The notes under the pieces: model-generated
Database searches by the model: none
The model's input: the letters and a program-made list of their open reading frames with translations, nothing else
Told to the model about the DNA's origin: nothing
IMG/VR virus record: IMGVR_UViG_3300044796_000401
DNA from: a virus
Taxonomy: Duplodnaviria; Caudoviricetes
Direction: 5' to 3' (one strand)
Length of the DNA: 64,000 bases
Part shown: one piece after another, positions 17,796 to 27,015 of the stretch
Numbering within the stretch: position 1 is the first letter of the stretch
Layout: the number at the start of each line of letters is the position of its first letter
Program-made: the position numbers and the translations under genes

Positions 17796-19691
17796 TTACC
17801 CGGCTACGGTGGCTAGGTCCGCCTTAAGCTGCGCCGTGTTGAAGCCCGCGGGGTCCCAAGCGGCACCCAGCAGCGTGTGGGATTCGTCGCAGTACTTCTC
17901 CCAGAACGCTCGGGTCATCTTCTGGAGCATGCCCCACGTGATGCAGGTGATGGTCGTCGCGCCGCCCGCCATGGTGTCCTTGACGTGGTAGGCGGGGCAA
18001 TTATGGGCGAAAACGCCAGCGGACAAAGCAAAGTTGTGGTAGTCATCTACCGTAAGGTCGTACACGTCCTCATATCCTGCGAACTCTATCGAAACCACTT
18101 TATGGTTGGGGGAGGTCTCAGCCGCGTTTCTGTGGTGATCCAAGTAGGCCTCAAATGTATTGAATTTGCCTTTGTGCCACTTTTCATAGCAAGATTTCAG
18201 GCCGTTCATTCTTCTTGCTTTCCGCTGACAATCTGTGATAAACAAGTTGGAGGCGATACCGCCAAGCTCGCTAATTTTGGTCAAGTGAGCCCGATATTCT
18301 GGATCGTTCTGATATCTCTCTTTGTTTGTTTTCGAGAGAGTTTCAAGGGCCTCAGGAGTACGCGCCAAAGCAAGACTTTTTCGCCAAATCGCTTTTCCTT
18401 GAGCGGAGAGAATACTTTTATCAACCACTTGAAACCCACATCTGCCCTCTGCCTTCAGTAACTCCGTCGCTTTCTTACCGTTTTCAGCGAGTCTCAACAA
18501 GCTGGCGGCTCTCCATTCTGGGTCTGCCCACAATCTGGACATATTTTGTTGGGATATTTCTCGCCGCTCTGGACTCTGAGAATGGTACAGTTGATGGTCC
18601 ATCCACCGCATCCACTCCAGCATTTCCGGGCGATTGTCCCGTTGGTTGAAGTCGCTTGTTTCTGGGTTAAACTTGTGATGCACGACCCAACCACCGTGAT
18701 CCACGCCATCCGCATCGCGCCTGAGAATTTCAGGTTTGGGAAGTTCTGAAGCAATAATTTTGTGGGTAAACTGGGTATCTCTCCATTTTGATATCCGAAT
18801 CCTCTCATATCCTTTGCAGTCCCACCGATACAGCCCAACGAGAGATTCCCCGACTTCTGGAAATTTCCAAGTCCCATCCAGCATTTGAAAGGAGTGGTCT
18901 TTTGTTGCCTTGAAAGATTCTCCAGAATCTAAGGTAACTCTGTACACGGGAGCGTTCTCTTTAGTTTTTCTTACGCTATGTGCCCTACCGGGAACTAGTT
19001 TGTCCTTTTCGTAATCATAGCTATAGACCCAAAAATACTCATCTTTGAACTCTTCTTGTGCCTGCTTTATGGATACCTCCCGTCCGTCCAGCAGGGAAAC
19101 TTCGGTGTCTCCCGAAAGACAATAAACAGCGTGTCCGCCTGCGATCCCGCCGTCGTTCTTGACGACATCCCAAATCTGGCCGTTCTGGTTCTGGGTGATC
19201 GCCGAATTTGGCAATTGTAACCCGATGTAGATGCCGCCGAACTCCGCGATGGAATGCATGACGTGCCCGAAGTTCTGGGGCTGCGGGCTGACGTAAGCCA
19301 CGAGCACGTGCCCGCCGAACGTCTGGTTGTACCAGTCCTTGATGACGGTGCTTTCGACGCCGCCCTCATCGGTATTCGGATTGCCCGGCACATAGCCGTC
19401 CCACTGCTCGTACTTGGCTAGGATGAGGCTGTCCGGAGGGGTGGTCTTGCCCTTCGTCCAGACCTGCTCGGCGTGGCCGCAGGCGGCGACGGTGCAATCG
19501 CCCAATCCTGCCGCGGGAACCTTGCCCCCGTAGGTATTGGGTCCGTTTAGCATCATGCCCCAGTTCGTAATGCCCCAGGTGTTTTGGGCATACGGCGGCG
19601 GGACGTAGGTTGACAGCACATAGTCCTTCATGTGTGGTACGGTGGAATCGAACTTGGCGTCTTTCTTGCCGAACCTGTATTCAAATCGCAT
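17796..19691 (-). CDS. Papain-like (C1-type) cysteine peptidase split by an intein
   Basis: Start MRFEYRF (GGAGG RBS). LGDCTVAACGH (catalytic Cys), GGHAVY|CPAY (His) and CITWG. Spliced length about 257 aa. Confidence 0.72.
   Translation of the reverse strand: MRFEYRFGKKDAKFDSTVPHMKDYVLSTYVPPPYAQNTWGITNWGMMLNGPNTYGGKVPAAGLGDCTVAACGHAEQVWTKGKTTPPDSLILAKYEQWDGYVPGNPNTDEGGVESTVIKDWYNQTFGGHVLVAYVSPQPQNFGHVMHSIAEFGGIYIGLQLPNSAITQNQNGQIWDVVKNDGGIAGGHAVYCLSGDTEVSLLDGREVSIKQAQEEFKDEYFWVYSYDYEKDKLVPGRAHSVRKTKENAPVYRVTLDSGESFKATKDHSFQMLDGTWKFPEVGESLVGLYRWDCKGYERIRISKWRDTQFTHKIIASELPKPEILRRDADGVDHGGWVVHHKFNPETSDFNQRDNRPEMLEWMRWMDHQLYHSQSPERREISQQNMSRLWADPEWRAASLLRLAENGKKATELLKAEGRCGFQVVDKSILSAQGKAIWRKSLALARTPEALETLSKTNKERYQNDPEYRAHLTKISELGGIASNLFITDCQRKARRMNGLKSCYEKWHKGKFNTFEAYLDHHRNAAETSPNHKVVSIEFAGYEDVYDLTVDDYHNFALSAGVFAHNCPAYHVKDTMAGGATTITCITWGMLQKMTRAFWEKYCDESHTLLGAAWDPAGFNTAQLKADLATVAG
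18000..19121 (-). mobile_element. Intein with HNH-type endonuclease (374 aa)
   Basis: Starts CLSGDTEVSLLDG and has KATKDHSF. Central VVHH...DNRPEMLEWM...H. Ends VYDLTVDDYHNFALSAGVFAHN|C. Confidence 0.92.
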
Positions 19692-19722
19692 CTGTGTTTC
19701 TCCTCCTAAAGGGGTTTGAAAG

Positions 19723-21717
19723 TTAGACTGAGGGGCGGTGGTGGTGATGGTGATGGCGGTGGCGGCGCTTATGGTGCTTGGGTTTGGGCGGCTCGTGATG
19801 GTGGTGGTGCTTGGGCTCGTGATGTCCCTCGTCAACCAGCTTGCGCATCATAGGCGGCTTGCCTTGCGCCGCATAGTAGCGGTGCGAAAGCTTGTCGTTC
19901 ACTCCAATCTCAGACTGATGCTCCCACATGCGCTCTTTCCAGTGGACCCATTCTCGCACTCCCTGTGGGCCGATTTGCGGATGCCAAAGATGCAAGACTT
20001 GGTTGGACAGGGTCTTGTGTGTCCAGTAAAGCGTATCCATCGCACGCATCGCAGCATGGTCTTCGCCACCCCAACCGCTATTGCCTGTAAAGTAGGTTTT
20101 GCCCTTACGCCTTGCCAACCATGTTTTATTTTCGGTTGTGGGGCACCAAACGACCCCTTCAAACATTACGGCAGTGTGCTTACCCTTGCATAGTTTGAAA
20201 CGGTCTTGCTGGCGTATTCTTAGGGCCGTCATACCATAGTCGTAGCCTTTTATCGTTTTCTCCGTATGTACGGATGTGCAATGACCGGCTAAGATACAAG
20301 CGAACTGAAAAGTGTCTATCGCAGCCGGATTTTTTTGCCCGAGTGCTGTTTCCCCATTTTTCGGCCTAACGTGACCGTCCCCTAGAATGGAGCATTCGAT
20401 AAACAGGTCAAGTTGGGGTTTTGTTAACGACAGCAAGAAATCATGGGACGGCACACGATTGGGGGCGTACTTTTGCAGGATCGATCCGGCTTCCGCATTC
20501 AAATTGAAAATTACGTTTCTTCGATCCGGACGTTCATTCCAACGAGGAATATCAGGCGCAATAGACGCCCCCCTGCGTGGAAAAGAGCTTGGTTTTCCAA
20601 AAGCCTTGATTAAAACCGTTCGTATACGTTCACATTTATCAGGATTAACAACAATCGACTGAGAAATAGCAACATTGCGACCGTGATGCCCGTTTCGCAG
20701 ACGGCTAATTGAACCTTCAGTCCAAAACCATGCTACACATTCAACAATTGCATCACTATATTTTGCAACAGCGGGAAGAGTGGCGTGCGGAGCCGCCATA
20801 GGAACCATGCTCTCGGAGGTAAAACCGCTGGAAGTCGCCCAGCCTCGGGTTTCTTCTTTTGAGCCCCAACCTGTCTTGGAGCGGTAATCTGGACGACAAA
20901 TAATAGGCCAATTGTGGTTCATGGTAGTCAACGAAGAATGAGTTTTGCTTTCAATTGACAACATTTTATGCTGGCCATAGTACACGTTGACGGCTTTCAC
21001 AGGCTGCCACTCGCTCAGCCCCGTGTTATGATTCAAAGTCAAAACTGCATCACCGACCCTTAATTCTTGGTAGAATTTCCAGCCTTGCTGTGTAAGGATT
21101 TGAGTTGAATCATCAACACAAAAACGTTCGTCCCAGCCTCCCACAAGCTCGAATGCTTCGCGGGGCATGATCTGGATCATCGCCCCGTACCAATGCCCGA
21201 CGTTGGGATCGGTGTCGCCCAAGATGGAGTCCCCGTCCGGAGGCGAGGGAAACACATAAGGCGATGCTGGGTCGGATTCCAGCAGAAAACACGACGCCTC
21301 CTCCGTCAGACGATAAAACTTGCGGTAGGGGACGAACCACAGCCTGCGGCCCCTCTTCCGTGCGCGGCGAATCTCCCTGACACAGTGGAGAACTGCGTTG
21401 GCGGGAACGTATCCGTCTGCATCTACGATCACAAACACGTCGCCGCTTGCCTTGGACGCCGCGTTGTTCACTGCGGCCGACTTGGAGAAAGGTTCACCCG
21501 AGTCATCGCCCAGGATGATCTCGGCACCCGGAAACTGGGCGGCCCAGTACTTCTTAAGCCATTCAACATTTCTTACACGGGAAGAAAATTTATCTGAGCA
21601 GCGGAATGGGATTAGGATGCTGACGCCGTGACCTTTGCGAAAACGCGGGGCGGCTGCATATGCGGCCCCGGCCGCAGCCGACAGGATCGCCACCACGGTG
21701 AGCAAAACGTTTATCAT
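19723..21717 (-). CDS. GT-A (GT2/GT7-like) glycosyltransferase split by an intein, with His-rich tail
   Basis: SILIPFR, FSKSAAVN, VDAD. Spliced VGGWDERF|SGWGGED. C-terminal HHEPKHHHHH...HHHHHHRPSV. Confidence 0.85.
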   Translation of the reverse strand: MINVLLTVVAILSAAAGAAYAAAPRFRKGHGVSILIPFRCSDKFSSRVRNVEWLKKYWAAQFPGAEIILGDDSGEPFSKSAAVNNAASKASGDVFVIVDADGYVPANAVLHCVREIRRARKRGRRLWFVPYRKFYRLTEEASCFLLESDPASPYVFPSPPDGDSILGDTDPNVGHWYGAMIQIMPREAFELVGGWDERFCVDDSTQILTQQGWKFYQELRVGDAVLTLNHNTGLSEWQPVKAVNVYYGQHKMLSIESKTHSSLTTMNHNWPIICRPDYRSKTGWGSKEETRGWATSSGFTSESMVPMAAPHATLPAVAKYSDAIVECVAWFWTEGSISRLRNGHHGRNVAISQSIVVNPDKCERIRTVLIKAFGKPSSFPRRGASIAPDIPRWNERPDRRNVIFNLNAEAGSILQKYAPNRVPSHDFLLSLTKPQLDLFIECSILGDGHVRPKNGETALGQKNPAAIDTFQFACILAGHCTSVHTEKTIKGYDYGMTALRIRQQDRFKLCKGKHTAVMFEGVVWCPTTENKTWLARRKGKTYFTGNSGWGGEDHAAMRAMDTLYWTHKTLSNQVLHLWHPQIGPQGVREWVHWKERMWEHQSEIGVNDKLSHRYYAAQGKPPMMRKLVDEGHHEPKHHHHHEPPKPKHHKRRHRHHHHHHRPSV
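20080..21120 (-). mobile_element. Intein with LAGLIDADG endonuclease (347 aa)
   Basis: Starts CVDDSTQILTQQGWK and has TTMNHNW. Helices AWFWTEG and FIECSILGDG. Ends VWCPTT...RRKGKTYFTGN|S. Confidence 0.92.
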
Positions 21718-21718
21718 T

Positions 21719-22450
21719 TTAGTTCCCCCTTAAGAGGCTAAGAAAGTCATCCCCATGCATATCATGTTTATGATAGTTACAGGATATGCAAGCACGAACT
21801 AAGTTCCACCAATGGTCGGTACCTCCTTTAGCTAGGGGGTTATAGTGGTCGTCCTGTTCACCGAGATCACCGCAGTAAAAACAAGGGTCGTTGGCAATGG
21901 CTTTTCGATAGGCTTTTGACAGTTCTATATCAAAAGCGTCCATATTAGCGGCTACACGAGTTCTACGACGGGCACAGTATGCGTGGCTGGTTTCTGGGTG
22001 GGCTTTTTTCCACTTACGGTTCAACTCATTACACCGTGCCAAATTGTTACGTTTCCATCTACGGTGGTTTTCATACGCCCGTTCTGGATTGTTGTGTCTC
22101 CATTGTAAAGACCTATCTTTTATCTTCGCTTGATGGGCTTTGTAGTATTCGGCGAGGGTAGCTGCCACCTTTTCTGGGTTATCTTCACAATATTTCTTTG
22201 ATCTCGCTCGTACTTCATTCCTATGTGTTAAATATCGTTGATGATCCTGTTTTTTGATCTCTTCCAAATGGGCCTTTCGATATCGGGTGTTGATTTCAAC
22301 ATTTTTTCCAGAGGCTATTCGCTTTCTCATTTGTTCCCGTGTGTTGCACAACTTGCATCGAACATTAAGGCGGGACACCGAAGCAGTGCATTCTTTGCCC
22401 GCAGTCCCAACACACACGTGCTTTAACGCGAATTTATAGCCCGTTCTCAT
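21719..22450 (-). CDS. HNH endonuclease
   Basis: CFYCG...DDHYNPLAKGGTDHWWNLVRACISCNYHK, preceded by basic helical repeats. Confidence 0.88.
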   Translation of the reverse strand: MRTGYKFALKHVCVGTAGKECTASVSRLNVRCKLCNTREQMRKRIASGKNVEINTRYRKAHLEEIKKQDHQRYLTHRNEVRARSKKYCEDNPEKVAATLAEYYKAHQAKIKDRSLQWRHNNPERAYENHRRWKRNNLARCNELNRKWKKAHPETSHAYCARRRTRVAANMDAFDIELSKAYRKAIANDPCFYCGDLGEQDDHYNPLAKGGTDHWWNLVRACISCNYHKHDMHGDDFLSLLRGN

Positions 22451-23232
22451 TGCCCCTTCCTTATGGCATCCTTCAAAGCTCGGTATGCGTCATATATTTC
22501 GAATTTTCGATCTTCAACCCGAAATCGAGATGGGGCGGTTACTTTGCCGATTTCGAGCGGAGTTTGAATTGACGCACTATAGTCTTTGAATTTATACAAA
22601 CCCCCATCTTTCTCCATTGCCGAGCACATTTCTACCCGGCGCGGGATGGCAAAAGCGTCCGCGGCGATCATTCCGTGCAGCGAAGAGGTCACGATCTTGC
22701 GGCACGCGCCGATCTGGCGCAGCACCTCCAGCGGGTCTCCGCTCGGGTTGATGACCTTGGTGATGTAGGGCTTTTGAATCAGGGGGATAAACCTTGCCGC
22801 CAATTCCTTGTCCTGCCAATGGGGAACGATCCCCAGGTCCCATTGCTTTTCCTGCGGCCCGACAAGCTCGTCGGCCAGTATGCCGGGATCGCCCAAGGCG
22901 AAGCTGCCCGGTATTCCCCTCGCCGACAGCGGCCCGCGTATGGCGAGAATCTTGGCGGTCACGCCGGACCTAAGCTGCTGCAATTGCAGACGGGAGTTTT
23001 CGATCAGCCTGCCGGACCCGAGGATGTAGCCGTCCCAGAGCGGCGGGATGTGCTCAAGGATCGAGCCCACCGAGACTATCGAGGAATGGGAAATCGTGTC
23101 CCACTCGACTTCGATCTCGGCAAAGTGTTCGAGCAGGAGCGGAGCTATGGCGTCGCCGAAATTGGGAACCTGGTTCCACCAATAAGCTTTAACTGGACGC
23201 TTCCTAAAAGGGTTTTTGAATCCAAGCTTCAT
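22447..23232 (-). CDS. Polysaccharide pyruvyl transferase family protein
   Basis: NFGD, GSIL, GSG, IRGPLS, LGDPGIL, GIVPH and SSLHGMIAADAF. Confidence 0.85.
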   Translation of the reverse strand: MKLGFKNPFRKRPVKAYWWNQVPNFGDAIAPLLLEHFAEIEVEWDTISHSSIVSVGSILEHIPPLWDGYILGSGRLIENSRLQLQQLRSGVTAKILAIRGPLSARGIPGSFALGDPGILADELVGPQEKQWDLGIVPHWQDKELAARFIPLIQKPYITKVINPSGDPLEVLRQIGACRKIVTSSLHGMIAADAFAIPRRVEMCSAMEKDGGLYKFKDYSASIQTPLEIGKVTAPSRFRVEDRKFEIYDAYRALKDAIRKGQ

Positions 23233-23246
23233 CGCCCGGCCGCCTC

Positions 23247-23262
23247 ACTCAAAGGGGCAAAA
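23247..23262 (-). promoter_or_regulatory. Recurrent upstream motif TTTTGCCCCTTTGAGT
   Basis: 14/16 match to the motif at 36187-36202 and 51530-51545; 15 nt upstream of the ATG. Confidence 0.5.
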
Positions 23263-23306
23263 AGTCGGGCGAAAATTATCTCACTGGCAATGCGAAAAAG
23301 CCCAAT

Positions 23307-23333
23307 AAAAAAGCCCCTCCGGAGAGAGAGGCT
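23307..23333 (-). terminator. Rho-independent terminator
   Basis: AGCCTCTC-loop-GAGGGGCT followed by TTTTTT, just after gene 23359..23991. Confidence 0.7.
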
Positions 23334-23358
23334 CAAAATTTCTGCTTGCGGGTTTTTG

Positions 23359-23991
23359 CTAGCTGTGGTCGTCGTCCCCGGCTGCGATTATTTCCTCGGA
23401 GCGTTGGTCGCTAATGGCAGCGATGTGCACGGCTTCTCGGGTTGCCTCGTCGGCCGCTTCTATGGTGGCATCGCATTCTTCGGGCCGGGATATCGACCCC
23501 CCCGTGGTTTCGGCCGCCTCATCAGGGGTATCTGCTAATTCCGGTTCCGGTTCTTGAGGGGATTCGGCTCCCGGCGTCTCGGTCGGGACGACGGTCATGG
23601 GCTGGCCGGGCTGCTGGATCGGCTGGACCGCATAAGTAAAGACGAATGACGCCGCCTCCGCCGCTTCCGTCACGCCCTCGGGAAGCTCCCACTTGATGTT
23701 GATGCGCTGATCCTTGAAGGATTCCGTCTCCTCCTTGGTGAGCACTACCTTGTCGCCCGATTTCTTGAGCAGGCAGGCGCAGAGGACGGAGAGGCGGCTG
23801 TTCTGCGAGGATAGTTCCCGGTACTGGGTGAAGAACTTCCCGATCATGGTGCCGGGATCGAACCGCATCGCCTCATTGTCCTTCTCAAGTTGGTCGATAT
23901 ATTTGACCGCTTGGGTGAGGGTCTGGCGCTTCATCGCGTTTTTCTGCCGCAGGTATCCCGGAGTGCCCTTCTTAGGTTTTCTTTGGGCCAT
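23359..23991 (-). CDS. Hypothetical protein with acidic low-complexity C-terminus
   Basis: 210 aa; AAGGA RBS. Confidence 0.7.
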   Translation of the reverse strand: MAQRKPKKGTPGYLRQKNAMKRQTLTQAVKYIDQLEKDNEAMRFDPGTMIGKFFTQYRELSSQNSRLSVLCACLLKKSGDKVVLTKEETESFKDQRINIKWELPEGVTEAAEAASFVFTYAVQPIQQPGQPMTVVPTETPGAESPQEPEPELADTPDEAAETTGGSISRPEECDATIEAADEATREAVHIAAISDQRSEEIIAAGDDDHS

Positions 23992-24131
23992 CTGATCTTC
24001 CTTTCGCCTTGCACACAGCGCAGAAATTGGGAATGACCTGCACCGGGGGCTCCCCCCAGCATCCGCAGCCCCTCACGACAACCCTGCCGCAGGAGCATTT
24101 GATGGTGCCTTGTTTGGGCCTTCCGCCCAAC

Positions 24132-24392
24132 TTACTTCGCCTTTTTGGATTTCTTCGCCTTCTTGGGCTTGGCCGTGGTCTCGTCGCTCTTCACCACGCG
24201 GGCGCTGGTGTCCACGCCCGGCTTCGGCGGGGCGTCCGGGGCGTTGATCTTCTCGTCGAAGCCCAGTTCGCTGCCGATGTAGTGCTCCAGCCCTATCGAA
24301 TCGTCATAGGTCAATTCGCTGGTTTTCTTGAACCTCATGCCGTCCGCAGTGAAGTACGTACCGGCCTTGATCGCAGAGAAATTTTTTCCCAT
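24132..24392 (-). CDS. Hypothetical protein with Lys-rich tail (86 aa)
   Basis: Start MGKNFS; AAGGA RBS. Confidence 0.65.
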   Translation of the reverse strand: MGKNFSAIKAGTYFTADGMRFKKTSELTYDDSIGLEHYIGSELGFDEKINAPDAPPKPGVDTSARVVKSDETTAKPKKAKKSKKAK

Positions 24393-24494
24393 AGTTTGTC
24401 CTTTAGCCCGTGGGGCCATCGCTGGTTAATACTGCTTTTCCCATAGTTTGTCCTTTAGCCCGTGGGGCCATCGCTGGTTAATACTGCTTTTCCC
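24384..24494. repeat. Tandem duplication, 52-bp unit x 2.1
   Basis: TTTTCCCATAGTTTGTCCTTTAGCCCGTGGGGCCATCGCTGGTTAATACTGC starts at 24384 and 24436, with a partial third copy at 24488. Confidence 0.95.
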
Positions 24495-24871
24495 CGTTTC
24501 TCCACCTTTTTCTTCTCGGCCCTCGCCCGGCGCATCAAGAGGGTCTTTGCCAGATGGTGCTCATAGCATAGGGCCCTCAAATTTGATAGCTCAAAGAAGC
24601 TGCCGCCATCCGCCAACTCGACGATGTGATCGACATCGGAGGCCCAATTCCCGCAAATCTGGCACTTGCGGCGGTCGCGGCGGAGGACGCTCGCCCGGAT
24701 ATACCGCCACTCGACCCGGCGAAGGACTTCCCTGAGGCATTTCTTGTCGCACCAGGCGGTCCTGCGGCCCGTGAGCGCCTTTCCGCAATAGCGGCAGTGC
24801 CAGCCATCGGCCTCTTTCCGCGCGGGGAAATCGTCCCATGCAAGCTGATTCGCAGACCTTTTTACGCCCAT
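24455..24871 (-). CDS. HNH endonuclease
   Basis: CRYCG...WC...C, then CQICGNWASDVDHIVELADGG...SNLRALCYEHH. Confidence 0.85.
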   Translation of the reverse strand: MGVKRSANQLAWDDFPARKEADGWHCRYCGKALTGRRTAWCDKKCLREVLRRVEWRYIRASVLRRDRRKCQICGNWASDVDHIVELADGGSFFELSNLRALCYEHHLAKTLLMRRARAEKKKVEKRGKAVLTSDGPTG

Positions 24872-24983
24872 GCTAATGGGCTTTGAAGCGGAGACTCCCA
24901 AGACGACATGGGCCGGTCGGAGGACGAGCAATAGCCCTCTTCCGGCCAAGCGACCGAGGATTCCGTTGGCTCGTCCTTTTCTT

Positions 24984-25235
24984 CTAGTCGATCTTCCGCC
25001 ATTTCCAGCAACTCCCCGTAATTATAAACTCATGCTTGCATATCCAGCACTGGGCCCGGTTTCCCAATTCGATGCCTGTGCCATCCGGACAGATGATTTC
25101 CTGAGCGCCGCATTTGGGACATGTCAGGTCTTCCGCTTCTTTGGGCCAGCTACCGTCGTTTTGGCGAGGGTAGCGAGTGTAGAATGCGTACAGATGCTCC
25201 CCCGCCGCCGAGTAGTTGTAATCCACGAGACTCAA
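24984..25235 (-). CDS. Small zinc-ribbon protein
   Basis: CPKCG...CWIC; start codon uncertain. Confidence 0.5.
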   Translation of the reverse strand: MSLVDYNYSAAGEHLYAFYTRYPRQNDGSWPKEAEDLTCPKCGAQEIICPDGTGIELGNRAQCWICKHEFIITGSCWKWRKID

Positions 25236-25244
25236 TACCGCGGA

Positions 25245-25685
25245 TTAGGCTGTTTCTCCCTTTGCTTCCGAAGTTGAGACTTCCCCGGCTTCCGCGGGCG
25301 CGCCCGTGCTCAGATCGACCACGAAAGAGGCGACGGCGGAATTGCGGGCCGGTGCGCTCGCGAAAGTGACGTTGCCCGTCAGGGCGTTCACGCTCGCCCC
25401 GCTGATGGCGGCGTCCGGCAAGCCGCTGCCGCAAGCGGTGCTGGCGAAGGTAAGGCCCGCATCGTTCACGAAATTCGACGTGCCGATGGTCGGGTTGGAA
25501 GCGTTGACGCTCCCGGCATTGCCAGTGCGGACGACGTTCCTGGCCGTGTTCAAGTTTTGGGTGGTAGTGGTTGGCTGCTGGTACGGAGTAGTCGTCCAGT
25601 TCCCGTTCTGCCAGTAGCCGTTTTGGGGCTGGGGCCACGTGTAGTACTCCCCACGAGCCTTATAGGCTCGCCGTCCACAAAGACC
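25245..25685 (-). pseudogene. Probably 5'-truncated G/N/T/A-rich (structural-type) gene
   Basis: The frame is open 25685-25245 (YYTWPQPQNGYWQNGNW...NTARNVV...). The first usable start is a TTG at 25553 and the 5' end abuts an endonuclease remnant. Confidence 0.45.
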
Positions 25686-25708
25686 TCATACGTGCGTCCG
25701 TGATTCAT
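25550..25708 (-). pseudogene. N-terminal remnant of a GIY-YIG-like endonuclease, paralogous to 52578..53456
   Basis: MNHGRTYEVFVDGEPIRLVGSTTR versus MRSGRTYEVFVGGRPVGLVGSTIR. ATGA overlap with the upstream gene; similarity ends after about 24 codons. Confidence 0.75.
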
Positions 25709-26241
25709 AAACTATTTACGCTTACTTGCACCAGATTGCTGCTGGCGAAGAACTGCACGCTGCCGTCCGTCTGCGTGAAGACCGAGGACGGGAGAACCTG
25801 AAACTGGATCGCTCCTCCGGGAATGCTGGGGCTGCTGGGAGCGACCGTGATATCCGGAACGGGATAGCTCACGACATCGGACTTGCGTCCCGTGCAGGCG
25901 TCCGGAGCCGAGTACAAGGTGATCGTAGAGCTCGTGTACACCGCCCAGTACGATGCGTTCGGAGGAGCCTGACCGAAGCTGGGAGCGGTCGCGATGTAAG
26001 TATTCGGCGGGCTGCCAGCAACGTTGACGACCTGCCCCACGGTGTAGTTGACAGTAGCGCTCCATGCCGGGGCGGAGGCGGCTGGCAGGCTGTAGAACGT
26101 CACCAAGTCGCGCCCAGTGGCGGTGAAATAATTCCCGTTGAGAGGGTCGCAGGCGACGAAGACCGGGTTCAGCGCGGGAGATGACGCCCCCGTGGGCTGA
26201 AGCGTGAGCAATGCTCTATTGGATACGGCTGTTTTTGGCAT
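25705..26241 (-). CDS. Probable virion protein with CBM5/12-like carbohydrate-binding module
   Basis: APAWSATVNYTVGQVVNV...YIAT...PPNASYW. Confidence 0.6.
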   Translation of the reverse strand: MPKTAVSNRALLTLQPTGASSPALNPVFVACDPLNGNYFTATGRDLVTFYSLPAASAPAWSATVNYTVGQVVNVAGSPPNTYIATAPSFGQAPPNASYWAVYTSSTITLYSAPDACTGRKSDVVSYPVPDITVAPSSPSIPGGAIQFQVLPSSVFTQTDGSVQFFASSNLVQVSVNSL

Positions 26242-26290
26242 GTTAACCCCCTAACCTCTATGTCGTACAAATCTATGGGCGGAACGGGCA

Positions 26291-26848
26291 TTAAGAGACC
26301 CCCACTACTTTGAATTTCGTAGTTCTAAGTTTAAGCTGCTGCAAAGCTTGAGCCATACACAGCCATTCGTCATGAGTATAGCGGTTAGTTTTTGAGAGGT
26401 TGCAACGGGCGCAGCAGACGACCAAATTTTCTTCCAGATACCCAACTTTGGGGTCTTTACGATCAAGTCGATAAGCCTGAATTCCCTGGGGCTTCCACGT
26501 TATGACTTCTCCGCAATAGTGGCAAACAGTGACTTTGGTGTACCCTAGAAATTTTTCGTACGAAATTTGAACGTCGGCATTCATTAATTTTGCCATGCGT
26601 TTCAGGTTGTTGTAGGCCGCTTCGAAAGGACGAAGTTTGTTCGCCTCGCTGCGTTCATGTTGGATTTCCCGCTGCAAGCAGCCACAGCTTTTGCTATTTC
26701 CGCTCGTGAGGTTGCCGCCTTGAACTGTGACTTCTTTGCCGCATCTACACCTGCAATCCCAATGGATAAAGCGAGTCGCCGATACACCCCGCCGAAGGAC
26801 AGTCAATCTGCCAAACTTTCTTCCCGTAAGATCAACAAATTTAGGCAC
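26291..26848 (-). CDS. HNH-like homing endonuclease
   Basis: DLTGRKFGRLTV...WDCRCRCG...SCGC, then CHYCG...LDRKD...GY..ENLVVCCARCNLSK. Confidence 0.85.
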   Translation of the reverse strand: MPKFVDLTGRKFGRLTVLRRGVSATRFIHWDCRCRCGKEVTVQGGNLTSGNSKSCGCLQREIQHERSEANKLRPFEAAYNNLKRMAKLMNADVQISYEKFLGYTKVTVCHYCGEVITWKPQGIQAYRLDRKDPKVGYLEENLVVCCARCNLSKTNRYTHDEWLCMAQALQQLKLRTTKFKVVGVS

Positions 26849-26984
26849 TTTTGCTAAATAACGCCTCTACCGCCGAGACAATGCGACCCGCAATGCCGGG
26901 GTATTTGATGGCAAAGAACATGCCACCGAAAAAGACAACAACTGCAAGGACAAACTCAAGTACAATTTTAAATAACTCAAACAT
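26841..26984 (-). CDS. Small membrane protein (47 aa, MFELFKIVLEFVLAVVVFFGG...)
   Basis: Hand translation; AGGGG RBS; the stop overlaps the downstream GTG. Confidence 0.6.
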   Translation of the reverse strand: MFELFKIVLEFVLAVVVFFGGMFFAIKYPGIAGRIVSAVEALFSKSA

Positions 26985-27015
26985 ATAAAATCACCCCTAT
27001 GAAAGAGGGTGGTAG

